Below, one piece after another: positions 58,769 through 64,000 of a DNA stretch of 64,000 nt. The translations under genes and the position numbers were made by a program. The stretch covers positions 5,141-69,140 of the forward strand of contig CALXXY010000001.1 of assembly GCA_944392815.1 (NCBI GenBank), in the 5' to 3' direction. Position 1 is the stretch's first letter. Each line of letters opens with the position of its first letter. This DNA is from an uncultured Alphaproteobacteria bacterium (GTDB lineage Bacteria > Pseudomonadota > Alphaproteobacteria > Rs-D84). Under the pieces are notes generated by a model. It ran no database searches and was not told the DNA's origin. It saw only the letters and a program-made list of their open reading frames with translations.

Positions 58769-59455
58769 ATCGTTTTGTGTAATCGGTAATTTGGCCGTGC
58801 CCAACAATTGTTGAAAATGTATCGCGGCCAATGCGTCTGAATCCAGCCAATCGGTTATGTGCGTTATCATGCTTTTTATATATTTCGCACCAACGTGGCG
58901 ATTGCGACGAAAATTGTGTTCGTTTATTAATTGGGATATTTCGCGCATTAAAATGGACAGCGTTTGCACCTGGTCTGCGGACAACACGTTTGAATTGGCG
59001 TTGTGGTATATTAAATTATCCAATTCGTCCCTGCATTCACGCAAAGATTTCATTGCTGCGGCGGATATTTTTAATCGCGACGCCATGCGTGATATGCTGA
59101 TGTCGCCCATGTTATTCAGTGTGGCAAATGTTAATTTGCCACGCAGGCCGATAATCTGGCGAATAACCATGATTAATTTCAACAACAGCACATTGATTTT
59201 ATCGCCCATATTGTTGGCCAGGGTCTTTTTTAACTGTTTGGATACGCGATAATTTGAATAATCATACAGCAAAAACACCAGCGGTATCGACAACAGTGAC
59301 GCTGCGATGTTGTTTATCAAATCGGCGACACTGGGGTCATGAATGTCGTCTTTGGTGACTATGAATAAAACCCAACCGCCCGCGATTGACAACACGTACG
59401 GAATCATTTTCAGCAAAAAATCACGCAGATTAAATTTCATACACATATTGTGCAT
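58763..59455 (-). CDS. hypothetical membrane protein (230 aa)
   Basis: Two N-terminal TM helices and a helical remainder. No recognisable domain. Confidence 0.4.
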   Translation of the reverse strand: MHNMCMKFNLRDFLLKMIPYVLSIAGGWVLFIVTKDDIHDPSVADLINNIAASLLSIPLVFLLYDYSNYRVSKQLKKTLANNMGDKINVLLLKLIMVIRQIIGLRGKLTFATLNNMGDISISRMASRLKISAAAMKSLRECRDELDNLIYHNANSNVLSADQVQTLSILMREISQLINEHNFRRNRHVGAKYIKSMITHITDWLDSDALAAIHFQQLLGTAKLPITQNDK

Positions 59456-59569
59456 TATCCCGCGCGGGAAATATACAGGAACCTATGCCTGGCGATAGTG
59501 CTGGCAATGCTTGAAATTTTGCCCAAAATACACTATAATAGTGTGATGTGAAACAAGGGGCGTTGTGTT

Positions 59570-61819
59570 ATGGCTGTAAAAATGAACGATTTTTTATTGG
59601 AATATTTCAAGCGAATGATTTTTCGCAGCATGTCAATTGAACAATTCGTTCATTATTGCGATTTCGTCAAGGCCGACGATATGGCCGGAAATATGAAGGA
59701 ATGGCGCGATACCCTGTTGGAAAAAAACGCGGCCGGCGAATTGGTCACTGACGCGGCCGGGCTGTACGTACGCAAAGATTATCCGGACCCGTTTGCCGGC
59801 GATTTTGAATTGGAACCCGCCGAGTGGGAAAAAATGTTTCGCGCGTTCAACAATGCTTTCCAGGAAATGGACGCGTATAAAAACAGTTTTAAATATGAAA
59901 AAAAGCCAACCGATTTCCTGAACAAATATTTTGGCAGCACTGGGCAATTGTTTTCGTATACCACTGCAAGCATAGCGGCCGAAACAAAAATTGCGGAATT
60001 AAAAAACATATTGGAAACGCATGCGTCGCAATTAAGACCCAAATTAACTGGATTTTTTAACGATGATTTTACATGGGACGATTTAATAACTGGGATTGCC
60101 GATAAAAAATACAATAAAAATCCATCGTTCCGTGAAAAAATGACCTCTATTGCAGAAGCGTTGGCCGCCGATACCCAGGTGACGGCAACGTCTGCGGTCT
60201 ATTCTGTGGTTGGCAGAAAACTGGATTTTTCTGCTATTCGCGATGGATTTGATGGTGGGCCAATTAACCCCGCCAAAATGACGCAATTTCAATTATCGTA
60301 TCGTGATTTATTGCGCGAATTGTACACCAATACCAAGGCATTCGAGTATTTTTCTGCACACGACCCAACCAAAATTTCCAAATTATTGAACGAGGCCAAA
60401 GGCCGCCTGGATTATAATGACACGAACAGCAAGGGATATATTTCCCCAAAACGGCCGGATACGTTAACCCTGCCCCAGCGTATATCTGAATGGTGGGACA
60501 AAACGTATTCCAATTATCTGGAAAAATATGTCAAATTGACGCCGGATCGTATGTTCATTTCGCTGCAGGCCAAGGCGATTTTCCAGGAAATTGACAAACT
60601 GCATTTAAATCCGGCCGATGGACTGGATAAAGTGTTGGAAAATACCGATAAAATTTCCGGCAAGTTAAAGGCAAAATATAAAAAGGCCGCGGATCATTTT
60701 GAATGGTTTACCAAAACTTTGACCGAATTAAAAAATACTATGGGCAAAGGCAAAGCGTTTGAAAAGGCCCTGTCGAACGGTCATTCTATGAACATGTTGG
60801 TTCAGCAAATTATTATCAAGGCCGTCAACGAAAACAAAATTGACGAGGCCAAAACCACCCTGGAAATATTGCCTGTGTTGCGGTATGCGTACACGACCAG
60901 TCGCATAATGGACGTATTTAATAAATCTGATTTGACGATTTTTTCAGACAAAAGTTATTCATGGAACACAAAAAATCCCGCCATGCAATTTATTACAAAC
61001 GCCATGGATTTGGGAATTAAAAAGGCATTCCAACTGGCTGGGTACGGCATTACCATGGCAGGGAACGCAATCAATCGCATCGGTACGAAATTCAACGGCA
61101 AAATGGGCAAAGATTTACGCGACGCCCGCAATGCCAAGATGGACGAATGGTCCCAACAGCGCAGCGATTTAGAATCCAACGTATCACGATACGAAACAGA
61201 ACGCAGTACAAAAAGTGCTGAATTACGCAGTTTGATTCGTGCTGGTAATTCGCCAATTCAACTGAAACGCGACATCAGCGGATACGAACGCAGACGCGAT
61301 TTGGCTTTGCAAAGTTTCAATCAAAGATTGGAAAAATTGACACAAATATGGGGAGTCATGACGTATACCCCCGGCGTCAACAGGGCGGACATAGATATCC
61401 TGGGGGATATTATTTCCAGATTGCGCGATGATGTTAATGCTGATATCGATCCCGCCCAGATTAGTGCCATTACCGATGTAAATATCCAGCGCGAAATAAA
61501 CCGCATGTTGGCACGTCGAAACAATTTCATACAAAATGCCGATGATTTGCGGGATTCCCAAACAAAGTACCAGGAATTGGTTAATGCCAAAAATGCAGTC
61601 AAGGCATATGATGAATTAATTGACAAGGCCAACGAAGATTTGGCCAACTGGGACAGTAATCACAAGGATAAATATGCTGAATTAATGGCGTATTGGGATT
61701 TGTGCAATTCTGGGTTTAATAAATCATGGTTTGGCAATCGCGACGCCCAACAGAAAAAATTCACGAAAAACATGGTGCCGTTGGTCCAGGCACGTTTGGA
61801 CGCATATCGCGTGGCCTGA
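59570..61819 (+). CDS. large orphan protein (749 aa), predominantly alpha-helical/coiled-coil, no signal peptide or TM
   Basis: Long uninterrupted ORF with typical coding composition and no recognisable catalytic motifs. Confidence 0.6.
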   Translation: MAVKMNDFLLEYFKRMIFRSMSIEQFVHYCDFVKADDMAGNMKEWRDTLLEKNAAGELVTDAAGLYVRKDYPDPFAGDFELEPAEWEKMFRAFNNAFQEMDAYKNSFKYEKKPTDFLNKYFGSTGQLFSYTTASIAAETKIAELKNILETHASQLRPKLTGFFNDDFTWDDLITGIADKKYNKNPSFREKMTSIAEALAADTQVTATSAVYSVVGRKLDFSAIRDGFDGGPINPAKMTQFQLSYRDLLRELYTNTKAFEYFSAHDPTKISKLLNEAKGRLDYNDTNSKGYISPKRPDTLTLPQRISEWWDKTYSNYLEKYVKLTPDRMFISLQAKAIFQEIDKLHLNPADGLDKVLENTDKISGKLKAKYKKAADHFEWFTKTLTELKNTMGKGKAFEKALSNGHSMNMLVQQIIIKAVNENKIDEAKTTLEILPVLRYAYTTSRIMDVFNKSDLTIFSDKSYSWNTKNPAMQFITNAMDLGIKKAFQLAGYGITMAGNAINRIGTKFNGKMGKDLRDARNAKMDEWSQQRSDLESNVSRYETERSTKSAELRSLIRAGNSPIQLKRDISGYERRRDLALQSFNQRLEKLTQIWGVMTYTPGVNRADIDILGDIISRLRDDVNADIDPAQISAITDVNIQREINRMLARRNNFIQNADDLRDSQTKYQELVNAKNAVKAYDELIDKANEDLANWDSNHKDKYAELMAYWDLCNSGFNKSWFGNRDAQQKKFTKNMVPLVQARLDAYRVA

Positions 61820-61891
61820 TAAATTCCCCATTTTGCTGTTGAAACGTGACGCGGCCTGTGTTATGCTGGACGCCGTAACAAAGGGGATTTT

Positions 61892-63133
61892 ATGTACATA
61901 CTTGCATTGAACTGTGGTTCTTCGTCACTGAAATATCAGGTTTTTGATGCTGATACTAAACGCGCCGTTGTGGGCGGGAATGTGGAAAAAATCGGATTGC
62001 CGGATTCTTTTATCACACAAAAATACCCGGACGGCACCAAACAGCGCAAAGATACCGAAATGAAAAATCATGACGAGGCATTAAATGTCGTTCTGTTTAT
62101 GCTGCGCGACGCGTCCATCGACATGAATGAAATCGGCGGTGTTGGGCACCGCGTGGTTATGGGGGGCGATAAATTTGCGTCGTCTGTGGAAATTACTGAT
62201 GACGTGATTAAAACTATTGATGAATTGTCGCCGTTGGCGCCATTGCACAACCCGTCGGCACTGATGGGAATTGTGACAGCAAAACAGTTGTTGCCCAACG
62301 CAAAACAGGTTGCTGTGTTTGATACCGCGTTTCACCAGACAATGCCTGATTATGCGTATCGCTATGCCGTGCCACACGCGTGGTACACTGAATTGGGCGT
62401 GCGCAGATACGGGTTCCACGGAACATCGCACCTGTACGTATCCAAACGCGCGGCCAAACTGTTGGGACGGCCGGCGTCTGAGTGTAATTTGGTGACGCTG
62501 CACATCGGTTCGGGCGCGTCGGCCACAGCAATTAAAAACGGTATTTCGGTTGATACTTCGCTGGGCATGACACCGTTGTCGGGGCTGACCATGGGAACGC
62601 GGCCGGGCGATGTTGATCCAGGTGTGATTTTGTACGTGATGGAACGGTTGCACCTGACGCCGGAACAAATGCAAAAACATTTGAACAAAGATTCTGGATT
62701 AATGGGACTGACGGAATGTTTCGTTGATCGCCGTGATGTGGAATCCAACCGCGACACTAATGACAAATGCCGTTTGGCGATTGATATGGAATCGCACAAC
62801 GTGAAAAAATACATTGGTGCATATATGGCCGAGTTGGGTCACACAGACGCGTTGGTGTTTACCGCCGGCGTGGGCGAAAACGATGATTACCTGCGTGAAA
62901 AATTCTGTACAGGATTGGAAGAATTGGGAATCAAACTGGACCGCGAAAAAAATGCCGCCGCGTTGGCGCGCAAGGGTATTTCTGAAATGGAAATTTCCAC
63001 CCCAGACAGCCCGGTAAAGGTATTCATGATTGCCACCAACGAAGAGTTGGTTATCGTCGAAGATACATTGGCCATCATGAACGGCACATATAATCCAAAC
63101 CATTTGGAAATGGATTATTCATTCGCGAAATAA
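61892..63133 (+). CDS. ackA: acetate kinase
   Basis: MYILALNCGSSSLKYQVF N-terminus, HLGSGAS and TAGVGEN motifs of the ASKHA-fold acetate kinase. Confidence 0.9.
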   Translation: MYILALNCGSSSLKYQVFDADTKRAVVGGNVEKIGLPDSFITQKYPDGTKQRKDTEMKNHDEALNVVLFMLRDASIDMNEIGGVGHRVVMGGDKFASSVEITDDVIKTIDELSPLAPLHNPSALMGIVTAKQLLPNAKQVAVFDTAFHQTMPDYAYRYAVPHAWYTELGVRRYGFHGTSHLYVSKRAAKLLGRPASECNLVTLHIGSGASATAIKNGISVDTSLGMTPLSGLTMGTRPGDVDPGVILYVMERLHLTPEQMQKHLNKDSGLMGLTECFVDRRDVESNRDTNDKCRLAIDMESHNVKKYIGAYMAELGHTDALVFTAGVGENDDYLREKFCTGLEELGIKLDREKNAAALARKGISEMEISTPDSPVKVFMIATNEELVIVEDTLAIMNGTYNPNHLEMDYSFAK

Positions 63134-63134
63134 C

Positions 63135-63161
63135 AAACGGGGCATTCGCCCCGTTTGTTAT
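63135..63161 (+). terminator. terminator-like hairpin downstream of ackA
   Basis: caaacggggcattcgccccgtttg hairpin, but the T-run is weak. Confidence 0.45.
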
Positions 63162-63290
63162 TAGAGTGAAGAGTGTAGAGTTTAGAGTGTAGATAATGTC
63201 CGCGCATATGCGCGGGATTTTATTACCGTTGCGGAATAAAGTTCCCCTCTGCGGAGGGGTGGGCAAAGCCCGGGGTGGTTTATTCCATTG
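63158..63290. repeat. mosaic palindromic intergenic repeat element, copy 6
   Basis: agagtgaagagtgtagagtttagagtgtagataatgtccgcgcatatgcgcgg plus the gttcccctctgcggaggggtg module. Confidence 0.8.
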
Positions 63291-63606
63291 CACACGCCTG
63301 TTCGAATTCATATATGCCGGTGGTGTCTGTATACGATACACCCGCTGGGGCGTACATTATGCACGACCCGCCGGGGTTGGATGCGATACAACTGGTTGCT
63401 GTGCCGGCGGACGTATAGCCCGTTGGGCATGAAGTGTTCGCGATGTCCATGTGTTCCTCGACCACCGCGATATAACCCGACGGGCATGAAGTTGACGGCG
63501 CGCTTATTGCCTGCGCTGGCGGACCAACGACTACTCCACCTCCTACATCCAGGGCCATTGCAGATACCGGACAACATAATGCACATAAAATCAGTATTCT
63601 TTTCAT
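63280..63606 (-). CDS. small secreted Cys-rich protein with internal SCP(S/T)GY repeat
   Basis: 108 aa with signal peptide MKRILILCALCCPVSAMA, 8 Cys in the mature part and a duplicated motif TSCPSGY / TSCPTGY. Confidence 0.45.
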   Translation of the reverse strand: MKRILILCALCCPVSAMALDVGGGVVVGPPAQAISAPSTSCPSGYIAVVEEHMDIANTSCPTGYTSAGTATSCIASNPGGSCIMYAPAGVSYTDTTGIYEFEQACAME

Positions 63607-63617
63607 CGTCGCCCCCG

Positions 63618-63983
63618 TTAGTCAGACAAAGAACCAAACAACCTAGACCGAAAGGCCGGATAGAAGTAGAGGTTGGTCGCACAGTTGTCCGCGCAATGCC
63701 GCTGGCAATAAATGGTCGCCGGGGCCGCGGAGTACACCCAGCGCGACACGGCGGGACTTATCATACGACACCAGCAATATTTATTATCGTCAGGTGTGTT
63801 TGATGTATCCAGTTCTGTCGCCGTTTGATATCCTGACCCACCATCTGTACTGCTGCATATTCCTATACCGCTTACCGGTGTGCTTACCCCGTATGTTGTA
63901 CACGTAGATGCCCAATCGGTATGACGTTCGTAATCATCTATCGTACACGTCGTGCTGCTGTTCAAGGCCACGCACTTCGTCAC
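63618..63983 (-). CDS. second Cys/Thr/Ser-rich small protein, tandem to the previous one (N-terminus may lie beyond the window)
   Basis: Similar composition with many Cys. It is 11 nt upstream of the previous gene and co-directional with it. Confidence 0.35.
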   Translation of the reverse strand: MTKCVALNSSTTCTIDDYERHTDWASTCTTYGVSTPVSGIGICSSTDGGSGYQTATELDTSNTPDDNKYCWCRMISPAVSRWVYSAAPATIYCQRHCADNCATNLYFYPAFRSRLFGSLSD

Positions 63984-64000
63984 GGCGTGGGCGCCGGTGG

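Overview
This 64 kb window is a chromosomal segment from a Gram-negative bacterium, going by bamD, murJ, rlpA, secG, lepB and beta-barrel OMPs. Gene content and the intergenic repeats suggest a reduced, host-associated (alphaproteobacterial-like) genome, but that is inference only. Most of the window is compact housekeeping DNA: dac-family DD-carboxypeptidase, holB, tatD, smpB, xerC/D-family recombinase, trpS, rpsD, lemA, hup, alaS, rlpA, murJ, bamD, rnj, tdk, htpX, cspA, lysS, tgt, queA, era, prmC, ftsH, tilS, groES/groEL, secG, rnc, lepB, yifB/comM, a class A PBP and ackA. There are two tRNAs (Arg-ACG, Gly-GCC) and many textbook hairpin plus T-run terminators. Six features stand out beyond ordinary housekeeping. 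(1) A strongly AT-rich two-gene islet sits at the 3' end of tRNA-Arg. It encodes a TM + coiled-coil + Mrr_cat-type restriction-endonuclease-domain protein and a small PD-(D/E)xK-like protein, and is a candidate uncharacterised defence or abortive-infection module. (2) A 475-aa protein with a RelA/SpoT-synthetase-like core (small alarmone synthetase or toxSAS-like) is co-directional with and immediately downstream of lysS. (3) A family of mosaic, palindromic intergenic repeat elements (RPE/Correia-like) is inserted after at least six genes. One copy directly abuts an alaS that lacks the C-Ala domain. (4) A small chimeric membrane protein combines a lysine-rich H1-like tail, a metallothionein-like Cys cluster and a canonical EF-hand. 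(5) A LicD / cytidylyltransferase / GNAT / GT9 surface-glycan decoration locus is present. (6) Several orphan proteins occur, including a 749-aa candidate effector and tandem Cys-rich secreted proteins. No CRISPR array, integrase, transposase or rRNA was found.
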